64,000 nt of DNA from Flavobacteriaceae bacterium (lineage in GTDB: Bacteria; Bacteroidota; Bacteroidia; Flavobacteriales; Flavobacteriaceae), in the NCBI GenBank assembly GCA_965656215.1, contig CBFHJD010000001.1, forward strand, positions 17,808 through 81,807, in the 5' to 3' direction. The stretch's first letter is position 1. Each line of letters starts with the position of its first letter. Both the position numbers and the translations under genes were made by a program. Under the pieces are notes generated by a model. It made no database searches. It was not told where the DNA came from and worked only from the letters and a program-made list of their open reading frames with translations. Positions 19,505 through 29,523 of this stretch are shown one piece after another.

Positions 19505-19683
19505 TTTCAATACCCCGAATTGTAATTCCCTAACTCCATTGTAAAGCACTACTTTGGTTAGGTTATAATTGTAGTAAATAGAGGGAGTTAGAACAGTCTC
19601 CCTTGGTGTAAAATGTTTTAAAAGCTCAACTTCAGAAGATTTTTTTTTTGGAGTTGCTTTGTACTTTCCAAAGTACCTTAAAT

Positions 19684-19725
19684 ATAAAAATCCCTAAAAC
19701 ACTGTATTTAAGTCTAATAGGGATT
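19684..19725 (-). terminator. possible terminator of ssrA
   Basis: On the minus strand AATCCCTA...TAGGGATT forms an 8-bp stem with a roughly 21-nt loop, followed by TTTTTATA. The large loop lowers confidence. Confidence 0.4.
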
Positions 19726-19732
19726 GAAATAG

Positions 19733-20128
19733 TGGAGTCGGCGGGATTCGAACCCGCGTCCAAACAAGCGATTCAAAAGCCTTCTACAAGTTTAGTTTTC
19801 GATTAATTTTCGAATGAGTGCTGACCGAAAACAGTCTACAAACATCTTAGCATCTTTATTGAAAAACACAAACGATGCCTATGTGTTTCGATGTTGACAT
19901 TTATGGTGCCTCAATATAGATCGCCGTCAACAAGGGCTATCCAGAGACATCCAGCTTTCCGACCTAGTCGGAACTTGGCATTAACGTACTATGATTCGGT
20001 TAATTATGCAGCTAGAGCGTAGTTATTTTCGCCATTTAAAAATGTGAAAAATGAGATTTACGAGCTGTAATTCAGCGCTCGACTTGCTTACCTTTTCATG
20101 CGTCCTGCTGTCAAAACCAGTCGACCCC
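19733..20128 (-). ncRNA. ssrA: tmRNA (transfer-messenger RNA)
   Basis: The minus strand reads 5' GGGGTCGACTGGTTTTGACAGC ... GGACGCGGGTTCGAATCCCGCCGACTCCA 3'. The acceptor stem has the G3:U pair. The tag ORF GGCGAAAATAACTACGCTCTAGCTGCATAA encodes GENNYALAA-stop (about 20004..20033). CCA is not fully encoded. Confidence 0.9.
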
Positions 20129-20154
20129 ATGAGTTTCAATGAACTTTTAGATGG

Positions 20155-20162
20155 CAAATTTA
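20155..20162 (-). promoter_or_regulatory. -7 promoter box for ssrA
   Basis: Minus-strand TAAATTTG (TAnnTTTG) lies about 26 nt upstream of the mature tmRNA 5' end. Confidence 0.45.
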
Positions 20163-20267
20163 CAAATATTAAACCAAAGCCTTTTATAAACGCTATAAAG
20201 TTAAAATCGTTTTCTTTAGCAGAAATTATTTATCCATTTCTCTTAGGGCTCTCCATAATATTAGTAA

Positions 20268-20275
20268 TATATTTG
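20268..20275 (+). promoter_or_regulatory. -7 promoter box for typA
   Basis: TATATTTG ends 18 nt upstream of the ATG at 20294. Confidence 0.5.
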
Positions 20276-20293
20276 CAGCGCTTAAAAAATGCT

Positions 20294-22090
20294 ATGAATT
20301 CCATCAAAAATATTGCCATCATTGCACACGTTGACCATGGTAAAACAACATTAGTTGACAAGATACTTCATCATTGTAATCTATTTAGGTCAAATGAAAG
20401 TACAGGGGATTTGATTCTCGACAACAATGATTTGGAAAGAGAACGAGGAATCACCATACTCTCTAAGAACGTTTCTGTTGAATACAAAGGAATTAAAATC
20501 AATATCATTGACACTCCCGGTCACGCTGATTTTGGAGGAGAGGTAGAACGTGTACTCAATATGGCAGATGGTGTACTACTTCTTGTAGATGCTTTTGAAG
20601 GTCCCATGCCTCAAACGCGTTTTGTATTGAAGAAGGCATTAGATCTCAAATTAAAGCCTATTGTAGTTGTCAATAAGGTGGATAAAGAAAATTGTACTCC
20701 AGAAGAAGTTCACGAAGCTGTTTTTGACCTGATGTTTGATTTAGGAGCAGAAGAATGGCAATTGGACTTCCCAACGGTTTATGGTTCGGCTAAAAATAAT
20801 TGGATGTCTGAAGATTGGAAAGCAGAAACAGACTCTATTGAGCCGCTTCTAGACATGGTATTAAAGCATGTTCCTAGCCCTGAAATTAAAGAAGGAAACA
20901 CTCAAATGTTAATTACTTCTTTGGACTTTTCATCTTTTACAGGAAGAATTGCAATAGGAAGACTTCAGAGAGGACATTTGGACACAGCAATGAAAGTAAA
21001 ACTCATCAAAAGAGATGGGTCTGAAGTTCCATCAAAAATCAAGGAACTTCACCTTTTTGATGGATTAGGAAGAAAAAAGGTTGAACGTGTTGATGCTGGA
21101 GATTTATGTGCAATTATAGGTCTAGATGGATTTGAAATAGGAGATACTGTAGCCGATTTTGAAGCTCCAGAGGCCTTACCTCCCATTGCTATAGACGAAC
21201 CTACAATGAGTATGTTGTTTACAATCAATGACTCTCCATTTTTTGGAAAAGAAGGTAAATTTGTAACCTCAAGGCATATCAGAGAACGTTTGGAGCGCGA
21301 GTTAGAAAAAAATCTTGCCATGCGTTTAGAAAATACTGATAGCGCAGATAAATTCATCGTATATGGTAGGGGAGTTCTACACCTTTCTGTCTTGATAGAA
21401 ACAATGCGCAGAGAGGGATATGAATTGCAAATAGGACAGCCCCAGGTGATCATTAAAGAAATCGATGGTCAAAAAATGGAGCCTATCGAAGAATTGACTA
21501 TTGATTTGCCAGAAGATGTTTCTGGTAGAGCCATTGAAATGGTAACTCAACGCAAAGGAGAAATGCTTAGCATGAACCCAAAAGGAAGCCGTATGATTTG
21601 TGAATTTAAAATCCCATCACGAGGAATTATTGGCTTGAGAAATCAACTGCTTACAGCTACAGCGGGTGAAGCCATAATGAATCACCGTTTTATAGAATAC
21701 AGCTCTTACAGAGGAGAAATTGCAGGTCGAATTAACGGCTCTCTTATTTCTATGGAAAAAGGATCAGCGATTCCGTATTCTTTAGATAAACTCCAAGAAC
21801 GAGGTAAGTTTTTTGTTGCCTCAAATGAAGAGATTTATACCGGACAAGTTATTGGTGAAAACTCAAGGCAAGACGATCTTGTTGTCAATGTTACGAAGAC
21901 TAAAAAGCTATCCAATGTACGGGCATCAGGAACGGACGACAAGGTTAAGCTGGCGCCTCCAATAAAATTTTCTTTGGAAGAAGCTCTTGAATACATTCAA
22001 AAAGATGAGTACGTTGAAGTGACGCCAACATCGCTCCGACTGAGAAAAGTATTTTTAGACGAAAACGAACGAAAACGTCAAAAGGCCTAA
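20294..22090 (+). CDS. typA: translational GTPase TypA/BipA
   Basis: The track ORF (20051) runs across the tmRNA gene and its promoter, so the real start is the ATG at 20294 (MNSIKNIAIIAHVDHGKTTLVDK). GTPase motifs are AHVDHGKTT, DTPGHADF and NKVD. The product is 598 aa. Confidence 0.93.
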   Translation: MNSIKNIAIIAHVDHGKTTLVDKILHHCNLFRSNESTGDLILDNNDLERERGITILSKNVSVEYKGIKINIIDTPGHADFGGEVERVLNMADGVLLLVDAFEGPMPQTRFVLKKALDLKLKPIVVVNKVDKENCTPEEVHEAVFDLMFDLGAEEWQLDFPTVYGSAKNNWMSEDWKAETDSIEPLLDMVLKHVPSPEIKEGNTQMLITSLDFSSFTGRIAIGRLQRGHLDTAMKVKLIKRDGSEVPSKIKELHLFDGLGRKKVERVDAGDLCAIIGLDGFEIGDTVADFEAPEALPPIAIDEPTMSMLFTINDSPFFGKEGKFVTSRHIRERLERELEKNLAMRLENTDSADKFIVYGRGVLHLSVLIETMRREGYELQIGQPQVIIKEIDGQKMEPIEELTIDLPEDVSGRAIEMVTQRKGEMLSMNPKGSRMICEFKIPSRGIIGLRNQLLTATAGEAIMNHRFIEYSSYRGEIAGRINGSLISMEKGSAIPYSLDKLQERGKFFVASNEEIYTGQVIGENSRQDDLVVNVTKTKKLSNVRASGTDDKVKLAPPIKFSLEEALEYIQKDEYVEVTPTSLRLRKVFLDENERKRQKA

Positions 22091-22779
22091 GCCTCTTTTT
22101 TGGCGATGACTTCTTGGAGTTTGCCACCGCTACATTGAAAAATTTTCCCCGGAAACTTAACGATCATGTTATAATCGTGGGTCGCCATGATAATGCTAAT
22201 TCCTCCTTTGTGTAATTCCTTAAAAAGCTGCATAATTTCTTGGCTTGTCTCTGGATCCAGATTTCCTGTAGGCTCATCTGCTATAATCAATTCAGGGTGA
22301 TTGAGTAAAGCACGAGCAATCGCAACGCGTTGTTGCTCACCGCCTGAAAGTTCAAATGGAAATTTCTGGAAGTCTGAACCAACATTTACCATGCTCAATA
22401 CTTCGCTAACACGTGAGTTTATTTTCTGCTTGTCACTCCATCCGGTAGCTTTTAAAACAAAAGCTAAATTGTTGAATACTGTTCGATCAGGAAGGAGTTT
22501 AAAATCTTGAAAAACCACACCTAGTTTTCTTCTTAATGAAGGGATGTCTCGATCTTTTAAATGCTCTAAATTATACCCCACTATGCTACCATTTCCTTTA
22601 CTTAAAAGCAAATCGCCGTACAGCACCTTTAATAGGCTACTTTTTCCAGCACCCGTTTTACCGATTAGGAAAACAAAATCTCCAGTATGTACGTTGAAAT
22701 TTATATCGGCTAAAACGACTTTATTTTCATTTTGAATTGTCGCATTTTGCAAGGAAACTACCGTATTTTGCATGTGCAA
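22087..22779 (-). CDS. ftsE: cell division ATP-binding protein FtsE-like ABC ATPase
   Basis: 230 aa with Walker A GKTGAGKSS, signature LSGGEQQRVAIARAL and Walker B IIADEPTGNLD. The stop overlaps the typA stop by 4 nt (convergent). Confidence 0.8.
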   Translation of the reverse strand: MHMQNTVVSLQNATIQNENKVVLADINFNVHTGDFVFLIGKTGAGKSSLLKVLYGDLLLSKGNGSIVGYNLEHLKDRDIPSLRRKLGVVFQDFKLLPDRTVFNNLAFVLKATGWSDKQKINSRVSEVLSMVNVGSDFQKFPFELSGGEQQRVAIARALLNHPELIIADEPTGNLDPETSQEIMQLFKELHKGGISIIMATHDYNMIVKFPGKIFQCSGGKLQEVIAKKEA

Positions 22780-22892
22780 ATGTATTTTAGTTAAAGGTAT
22801 GTTTTTTGTGTAATACGGAAATATTTTGTTGATAAATTTATACGTTATGACTAAGTTTTTCGTTTAAAAGGCATGAAGAAACGAGTACCTTT

Positions 22893-25800
22893 ATGTGGAT
22901 GATTTTTTATTTAAAAAATTGGATTTTTGGTTTTTATGTGGTGCTGCTTTTTCCTGTAGTAGCGTGGAGTCAGCTATATCATTCTGACAGTACTGATGAT
23001 CTTGCGAGACGTTATTTTGGGTTGGGGTATTATCCTGCTTCTTGGCAGGCAAGTGTATTTGCTGATGATGCTTACAATTCCGCTGTCGTAAAACAACAAA
23101 ATCAATTCAACTTACTCTCCAATGCTTTGCGGCTCAATTATTCTGCAGCAGAAAAAATGTTGATGCAATTCAAAACAGAGTTCCCCAATGCTAAAGAATC
23201 TGCAACTATAGATTTTGATGTAGCAAATTATTATTTCAACAATCAGAAATACCGCTATGCCCTGAAATGGTTCTTAAGGGTTTCTGAAAATCAAATCCCC
23301 AAATTAGAGTTACCGCTTTATAATTTCAACAAAGGGTACACCCTTTTTTCTGCGAAGCGCTATAAGCAAGCTAGACCCTATTTGGAAAAGGTGAAGAATG
23401 ATAAAGAGTACGAATCAGACGCCCATTATTATTTAGGACATATTGCTTATCAGTTAGACGATTTTGATACTGCTGTTTCTGAGTTTAGCGATATTTCGAA
23501 TCCTGCTCAAAAAGAGAACTTAACGTATTTTCAAGCGGATATGAATTTTAGGCTTGGTCGCTTTGATCAATCAATTGAGCTGGCAAAAAAAGTAATCAGT
23601 GACAATTCTCCTGAATTAGTTTCTGAAGCGTCAAAAATTATTGGAGAGAGTCACTTTAACCAAGAGGAATACGCAGCTTCAATTCCATATTTAGAGGCCT
23701 ACGAAGGAAAAAAAGGGAAATGGAATAATACGGATTATTACCAACTTGGATTTGCATATTACCAGACTGAGTCCTACGATAAAGCCTTAACTCAATTCAA
23801 TAAAATAGCAAGTGGTAAAAATGCCCTAGCTCAAAATGCATACTATTATCTTGCGGATTGTTACTTGAGATTAAACCAGAAAGCCGCAGCTCAAAATGCA
23901 TTTAAAAGTGCAATGGAAATGGACTTTGATTTAGAAGTTAAGGAAGATGCATTTTTCAATTATGCTAAATTGAGTTATGAAATAGGAAATCCCTATGTAA
24001 CACCTCCGCAAATCTTGGTAAATTTTTTAGAGGCCTATCCAAAACACGAACAAGCGGAATTGATCGGTGAGCTCTTGGTAAGCTCTTATACCAAAGAGGG
24101 AAATTTTTTGGCAGCAATTGAAATTTTGGATCGGAAAAGTGGTTACAAAAACAAAGAAACTCTTGAGAAAGTTCTTTTACTTCAAGCAATAGTTGAATTC
24201 AATAACGGAAAATACAATCAATCCAGTCTCTTATTAAAAAGGGTTTTAAAAATCAATGAGGATGATTTTGTAGAAGCCTATGCACTTTATTGGCTTGGAC
24301 GTGCTGAGTATGAACGGAACCAATTTGATAGCGCCTTAGAATATTTCAAGACTTTTAAAAAGCACACTCAATTTGAATTAGTTGATTCTCATAAGCGAAT
24401 TGGCTATGACATTGGCTATGTGTATTTTAAATTAGGTGAATATTTTTTTGCTCTAAAATCCTTTACTGAATTTGACTCTAAAAATGGATCATTTGATGCT
24501 GCTTACCAGAGAGACACCTATCTTAGAATGGGCGACTGTTCTTTTGCGATGAAGGAATACTGGCCGGCAATGGAATCTTACAACAAAGCAATCGCAATAA
24601 ATGAAAGTAAGGGCGCATATCCAAGCTTTCAAAAAGCGATCAGTTATGGATTTGTAGATCGAAACCTAAAAAAAATTGAAACATTACTAATGATTGAGAG
24701 TCAATATCCTAAAGACCCGCTGTTGGATGATGCGCTTTTTGAATTAGCTTCTGCTTACAGCAGAGAAGGGAACTTTAATCAAGCAATAGTAATCTACGAT
24801 CGTTTGCTGAATGAGTTTAACACGAGTCCATACAAAGCACAAGCAGCTTTAAATAAAGGTTTGATTCTTTATAACACCGAAAGGTTTGACGAGGCGCGAG
24901 AGGTCTTAGAGGAAGTAGCAGTGTCGTACAAGCGTTATGCTGTAGCGCAACAGGCAGTAAGAACATTAAGAGAAATAGCCGTAGATCAAGGAAGTGTAGG
25001 TGTTTTTAGTCAATGGGTTCGTTCTCAAGGGTTAACCACATTTACTGACGTTGAACTCGAAAAAACAGCTTTTATAGCTGCTGAAAAAAGATTTTTAGAA
25101 GGGAATACAAACGCAGCTGAACGCTTACTTTCTGAATATTTAGAAAATTATCCACAAGGGACTTACTTTCTTAGTGCTACCTATTACCTAGGAGAGCTTT
25201 ATTTTGAAAAGGAAGATTTTGAAAATGCTCAAATAGCATATAAAGAATTAGCACAAGGTCAAATAACCAATTTCAGTGAAAAGGCATTGGTACGCTTAAT
25301 TAGTATGTATAAAAGTGAATCTCAATTAAATCAGGCAGTACCGTATTTGGAAAAGCTAGACTCCATTGCCTCATTTCAAGAAAACAAACGTTTTGCTTTG
25401 CTCAACCTGATGCAAGGATATTATTTAGGATCGGACTTTCTAAAGACATTGACTTTTACAGAACGCGTGCTGAATCTTCCAAACTTAGAGTCTAGCCTCA
25501 AATGGGATGCATTGACATTGAAGGCCAAATCATCACTCGCAATTAAAGACTCCATAACAGCGGCGGCTACCTTTAAACAATTAGAATCTGCCCCTCAGTC
25601 AAATATTGTTGCAGAGGCTCTATATTTTAGAGCTTATCTGTTGAATCAAGAAAAACAATACGAGCAATCAAATGAACTTATTGGTAAAATAGCTCAACTT
25701 GGAAGTGCAAGTGGGATATGGAATGTAAAAGCTTTATTGCTTTTGGCGAATAATTATTTCGAGTTAGACGACAGTTTTCAGGCCATTTTTGTGTTAGAAT

Positions 25801-25907
25801 CCGTAATTGAAAATTTCGAGACGTATCCTGAGCAAATTGAAATCGCAAAAGAGCTGCTAAAAAATTATAGTTCAAACGAAAAAGAAACCCCAAATGAAAT
25901 CGAATAA
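22893..25907 (+). CDS. large tetratricopeptide-repeat (TPR) protein, secreted
   Basis: 1004 aa with signal peptide ...LLFPVVAWSQ. Many TPR-like repeats are present (for example AQNAYYYLADCYLRLNQKAAAQNAFKSA, AYALYWLGRAEYERNQFDSALEYFK). Confidence 0.8.
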   Translation: MWMIFYLKNWIFGFYVVLLFPVVAWSQLYHSDSTDDLARRYFGLGYYPASWQASVFADDAYNSAVVKQQNQFNLLSNALRLNYSAAEKMLMQFKTEFPNAKESATIDFDVANYYFNNQKYRYALKWFLRVSENQIPKLELPLYNFNKGYTLFSAKRYKQARPYLEKVKNDKEYESDAHYYLGHIAYQLDDFDTAVSEFSDISNPAQKENLTYFQADMNFRLGRFDQSIELAKKVISDNSPELVSEASKIIGESHFNQEEYAASIPYLEAYEGKKGKWNNTDYYQLGFAYYQTESYDKALTQFNKIASGKNALAQNAYYYLADCYLRLNQKAAAQNAFKSAMEMDFDLEVKEDAFFNYAKLSYEIGNPYVTPPQILVNFLEAYPKHEQAELIGELLVSSYTKEGNFLAAIEILDRKSGYKNKETLEKVLLLQAIVEFNNGKYNQSSLLLKRVLKINEDDFVEAYALYWLGRAEYERNQFDSALEYFKTFKKHTQFELVDSHKRIGYDIGYVYFKLGEYFFALKSFTEFDSKNGSFDAAYQRDTYLRMGDCSFAMKEYWPAMESYNKAIAINESKGAYPSFQKAISYGFVDRNLKKIETLLMIESQYPKDPLLDDALFELASAYSREGNFNQAIVIYDRLLNEFNTSPYKAQAALNKGLILYNTERFDEAREVLEEVAVSYKRYAVAQQAVRTLREIAVDQGSVGVFSQWVRSQGLTTFTDVELEKTAFIAAEKRFLEGNTNAAERLLSEYLENYPQGTYFLSATYYLGELYFEKEDFENAQIAYKELAQGQITNFSEKALVRLISMYKSESQLNQAVPYLEKLDSIASFQENKRFALLNLMQGYYLGSDFLKTLTFTERVLNLPNLESSLKWDALTLKAKSSLAIKDSITAAATFKQLESAPQSNIVAEALYFRAYLLNQEKQYEQSNELIGKIAQLGSASGIWNVKALLLLANNYFELDDSFQAIFVLESVIENFETYPEQIEIAKELLKNYSSNEKETPNEIE

Positions 25908-27633
25908 GGTCTTTTACGCTTTGTTGACATTGAGCATGGGTTGGTTTATGAAAGCTCAAGAAAAAGAGGAGCTTAAAACTCAAGAAGTTTTGGTTGTAAA
26001 GTCATATACACCAAGTCTATCTGATGCATTCAAAATCAGCGAAAATCCACAAGTTCCGGATAGTTTGAAGGATAAGGTAAAAGTTTTGAAATTCGAAATT
26101 GAACCAATTCCGGTAATCTCTACCTTTGAGCCAAATAAGGCGACACCATTGAAGCTCCAAAGACAAGTTTCTTCAACTCCCTTCAATACATTCTTTAGTG
26201 GTGGGGTAGGCTCTATGAGTCAACTGTACGCAAATATTTCAAGTGTTATAGAGCTTGATCGTTCTCAACGTTTTGGATTAAACATATACCGTGATGGATT
26301 TGGAAGCGATGTTGGAAATTCATTACTCAAAAGTTCGCAGGGATTTGGTCAATACGGAGCACATCATAACCTTAGAAGTTCTAATTATAATGTCAATACT
26401 CAATTGCAATTTACCACTCAAAAAAATAATTATTTTGGCTTGTATGATCGCAATTGGGATGATTTTTTGATTGCATCTATTAACCCAGAAGTCCAAAGAA
26501 ACTATTTTAAATTCAGAACCTACTGGGATTGGTTTGATTCAGTATTGAGAAGTTTGGCTTTTCAAGCAAATATTACCTCAGATAATTTTGCCACAACAGA
26601 ACAACAATTGGCTTTAGAATCAAATTTCACCCTTCCATTTGCGGATGGAATTATACAGGCTTCAGCTCAATTAAAAGGCTTGAATACTTCTTTTACTAAC
26701 TCTTTCTTTGAAGATCAAATCCAAGATTTTTCACAAGGTACGGGAAAGGTTGGTGCTCAATGGCTTTATGCGAAAAACAATTTAAAGCTTAAAATTGGTG
26801 CAGGGGTGACCTATTTTGAAGGTGATGAAAGTTTAAAAACCAAATTGAATTACTATCCAGATTTAGAAATTTTTTATACTAAAAAAGGCAATTCTGTTTC
26901 CCCTTATCTCAAAGCAAACGGAGGAGTTCATTTAAATAGCTATCAAGAATCGGTGTTTTATAATCCGTACATAGCTCCAATTACTGATTTAAGACCTCGT
27001 TTTAATAAATATAATGCCAGTCTTGGTATTCGCTCAAGTCTTTCTTCGATTGTCAACTTTGATTTTGGCCTGCTTTTTGACCAAATTGAAAATTTCCAAT
27101 ACTACCAACGTTTACCATTAAGTATTTCAGGAAATTCAGAGCCTTACAGGTTATCAAATGCTTTTGAAAACAAATTTACGAATGTTGATCTCTATGGGAT
27201 TAGAGCTCAAATTAGAATTGATTTGGCTAAAAATAACTTTGTTCAATTTGAAACCTCCTATCGCCATTACAATGTATTAGAAGGTCAAACATTGTTCAAT
27301 ATTCCTTCTTTACAGATGAATTGGAAAAGCCAGTTTCGTTTTAGAGACATTGTAACATTATCATTTAATGGAGAAGTTTGGGGAGATAGAGCCGCTAATG
27401 AGCATATCATTTTATTGGATCAGGCCTCTGAAAGCCTTTACCCTGAAGAATTTACGCTCCCCTTGTTTTTTAGATCAACCGCACATTTAACGTTCAAGTT
27501 GAATAATCAGTTTGATGCATTTGTAAAGGGAAGGTTTTCCAATAGTGATGTCCATGGACAGTGGGGTTTTTATCAAGAACCCGCACTGATGATCTTAGGA
27601 GGGATAACGTATAAGTTTGATTTTCAATATTAA
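25894..27633 (+). CDS. hypothetical outer-membrane beta-barrel protein
   Basis: 579 aa with signal peptide MKSNKVFYALLTLSMGWFMKAQ. It has alternating beta-strand-like patterns and a C-terminal ...GITYKFDFQY with an aromatic terminus. The start overlaps the TPR gene by 14 nt. Confidence 0.6.
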   Translation: MKSNKVFYALLTLSMGWFMKAQEKEELKTQEVLVVKSYTPSLSDAFKISENPQVPDSLKDKVKVLKFEIEPIPVISTFEPNKATPLKLQRQVSSTPFNTFFSGGVGSMSQLYANISSVIELDRSQRFGLNIYRDGFGSDVGNSLLKSSQGFGQYGAHHNLRSSNYNVNTQLQFTTQKNNYFGLYDRNWDDFLIASINPEVQRNYFKFRTYWDWFDSVLRSLAFQANITSDNFATTEQQLALESNFTLPFADGIIQASAQLKGLNTSFTNSFFEDQIQDFSQGTGKVGAQWLYAKNNLKLKIGAGVTYFEGDESLKTKLNYYPDLEIFYTKKGNSVSPYLKANGGVHLNSYQESVFYNPYIAPITDLRPRFNKYNASLGIRSSLSSIVNFDFGLLFDQIENFQYYQRLPLSISGNSEPYRLSNAFENKFTNVDLYGIRAQIRIDLAKNNFVQFETSYRHYNVLEGQTLFNIPSLQMNWKSQFRFRDIVTLSFNGEVWGDRAANEHIILLDQASESLYPEEFTLPLFFRSTAHLTFKLNNQFDAFVKGRFSNSDVHGQWGFYQEPALMILGGITYKFDFQY

Positions 27634-27686
27634 AGAAAAATAAAATTGGTTACAAAACAAATTTGAATGAAACCGTACATTTTCAT

Positions 27687-27694
27687 TACATTTG
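27687..27694 (+). promoter_or_regulatory. -7 promoter box for the amidohydrolase gene
   Basis: TACATTTG lies inside the long version of the ORF, which supports the downstream ATG at 27733. Confidence 0.45.
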
Positions 27695-27732
27695 CCAAGT
27701 TTATTATAAATTATCCAAATCATTGGTTCCGT

Positions 27733-29373
27733 ATGAAAATTAATAGATTTCTAGTCACATCATTACTCTTGATAGCAATCTTGTTGACCTCTTGTCAAGG
27801 AAAAGTAGATCTAATCGTTCACAATGGTATTATCAATACCGTTGGGGAGTTAAATTCAACCAATACAGCATTTGTTGTAGATGGCGGAAAATTTATTGAC
27901 GTGGGAGGTGAAGAGCTTTTGCAAAAATATGAGGCTAAAAGAGTTCTTGATCTCAAGAGCCTTCCTGTTTATCCTGGCTTTATTGATTCTCATTGTCATT
28001 TTTTAGGATTGGGACTCAGTTTACAACAAGTAGATCTAGTTGGAACAAGTGATTTTGATGAAGTTTTAGATCGTGTAAAACGCTTTAGCACAAAAAAGGA
28101 ACTTAAAGCGATTGTAGGACGTGGCTGGGATCAAAACGATTGGAAGCTCAAGAACTTGCCTAATAAAAAAGATTTAGACTCCTTATATCCCGATATTCCT
28201 GTTGCATTGAGGAGAATTGATGGTCATGCCTTGCTAGTAAATCAAAAAGCATTAGATCTTGCCGGAATTACAACTGAAACAGAAGTTTCAGGAGGTGAAA
28301 TTATAAAAGAAAACGGGGAGTTAACAGGCGTTCTTATAGATTCTCCAATGAAATTAATCAATCAAGCACTTCCTCAGCCTTCCCAAGAAAATAAAATCAA
28401 AGCTCTTTTGGATGCAGAGCAAATTGCATTCTCCAACGGACTTACTTCAGTTTCTATTGCAGGCTTAGATAAAGAAGACATCTTTTTAATTGATAGTCTT
28501 CAGAAAGAAAATGTACTCAATATTCGGATTTATGCCATGATTTCAAACACCCCTGAAAACATGGAGTACTACCTTAAAGCAGGGACGTACAAAACGGATA
28601 AGCTGAATGTGCGTTCTTTTAAAGTGTATGCTGATGGAGCACTAGGCTCTAGAGGAGCAGCTTTAAAGGAACCCTATAATGACTTGAACAGCCATTACGG
28701 TTCGTTTATTACACCCAAAGATTCACTTGAAGCACTTGCTTATAAGCTAGCCACTACTCCTTTTCAGATGAATACTCATGCGATAGGTGATGCTGCTAAT
28801 AAAGTGGTTTTAGAGGCTTATAAAAAAGCACTTGTTTTTTCTGATGATCCAAGATGGCGGGTAGAACATGCTCAAATTATAGATACTTCAGATATTTCAT
28901 TATTTAATCGTAAAATAATACCCTCAGTTCAGCCAACCCACGCAACAAGTGATATGTATTGGGCCGAAGATAGATTGGGAAAAGAGCGTCTAATTGGAGC
29001 CTACGCATATAAGTCTTTACTGAAGCAGTCTGGAAGTATAGCGTTAGGAACTGACTTTCCGGTAGAGGACGTAAACCCCTTTAAAACGTTTTATGCTGCA
29101 ACGGTAAGGAAAGACAATCAACAGTTTCCTGAAGAGGGCTACCTCTTAGAAAATAAATTATCTCCTAACGAAGCTTTGAAAGGAATGACTATATGGGGTG
29201 CCTATGGGAATTTCGAGGAAAAAGAGAAAGGATCTATTGAAGTTGGAAAAGTAGCTGATTTTATTATTCTTGACCGAGATATTATTCGAGTAAACGAAAA
29301 AAGAATTCTTAAAACTCGTGTTGTTGCAACATTTTTAGATGGAGAAATCGTTTATAGCAATCGAATACAGTAA
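27733..29373 (+). CDS. amidohydrolase family lipoprotein (amidohydrolase_3-like metal-dependent hydrolase)
   Basis: The track start is 27667. The ATG at 27733 gives the lipoprotein signal MKINRFLVTSLLLIAILLTSC. The metal-binding motif PGFIDSHCHF is present, with further His/Asp sites downstream (HAIGD, VEHAQ, GTDFPVE). Confidence 0.85.
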   Translation: MKINRFLVTSLLLIAILLTSCQGKVDLIVHNGIINTVGELNSTNTAFVVDGGKFIDVGGEELLQKYEAKRVLDLKSLPVYPGFIDSHCHFLGLGLSLQQVDLVGTSDFDEVLDRVKRFSTKKELKAIVGRGWDQNDWKLKNLPNKKDLDSLYPDIPVALRRIDGHALLVNQKALDLAGITTETEVSGGEIIKENGELTGVLIDSPMKLINQALPQPSQENKIKALLDAEQIAFSNGLTSVSIAGLDKEDIFLIDSLQKENVLNIRIYAMISNTPENMEYYLKAGTYKTDKLNVRSFKVYADGALGSRGAALKEPYNDLNSHYGSFITPKDSLEALAYKLATTPFQMNTHAIGDAANKVVLEAYKKALVFSDDPRWRVEHAQIIDTSDISLFNRKIIPSVQPTHATSDMYWAEDRLGKERLIGAYAYKSLLKQSGSIALGTDFPVEDVNPFKTFYAATVRKDNQQFPEEGYLLENKLSPNEALKGMTIWGAYGNFEEKEKGSIEVGKVADFIILDRDIIRVNEKRILKTRVVATFLDGEIVYSNRIQ

Positions 29374-29523
29374 ACCTAACTTTAATATTTTAGTTAATTA
29401 GGCTAAATCATTATTAAAAATTAATAAATAAATCAAATAACTCTTTTTTGATTTATAATTTCAATCATTAAGACTTTAGTTCTATATTTCATTACCTAAA
29501 GATGTAGTTTTACAAAAAAAATT

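Noticed and set aside
19733-20128. Genomic island integrated at ssrA, tRNA-Glu or tRNA-His
   Set aside because: There are no integrase, transposase or phage genes and no duplicated tRNA or tmRNA 3' segments. The flanking genes are ordinary core genes.
20051-20293. N-terminal 81 codons of the 679-aa ORF for typA
   Set aside because: This stretch overlaps the tmRNA gene and its promoter on the opposite strand and contains the typA -7 box. The conserved TypA N-terminus begins at the ATG at 20294.
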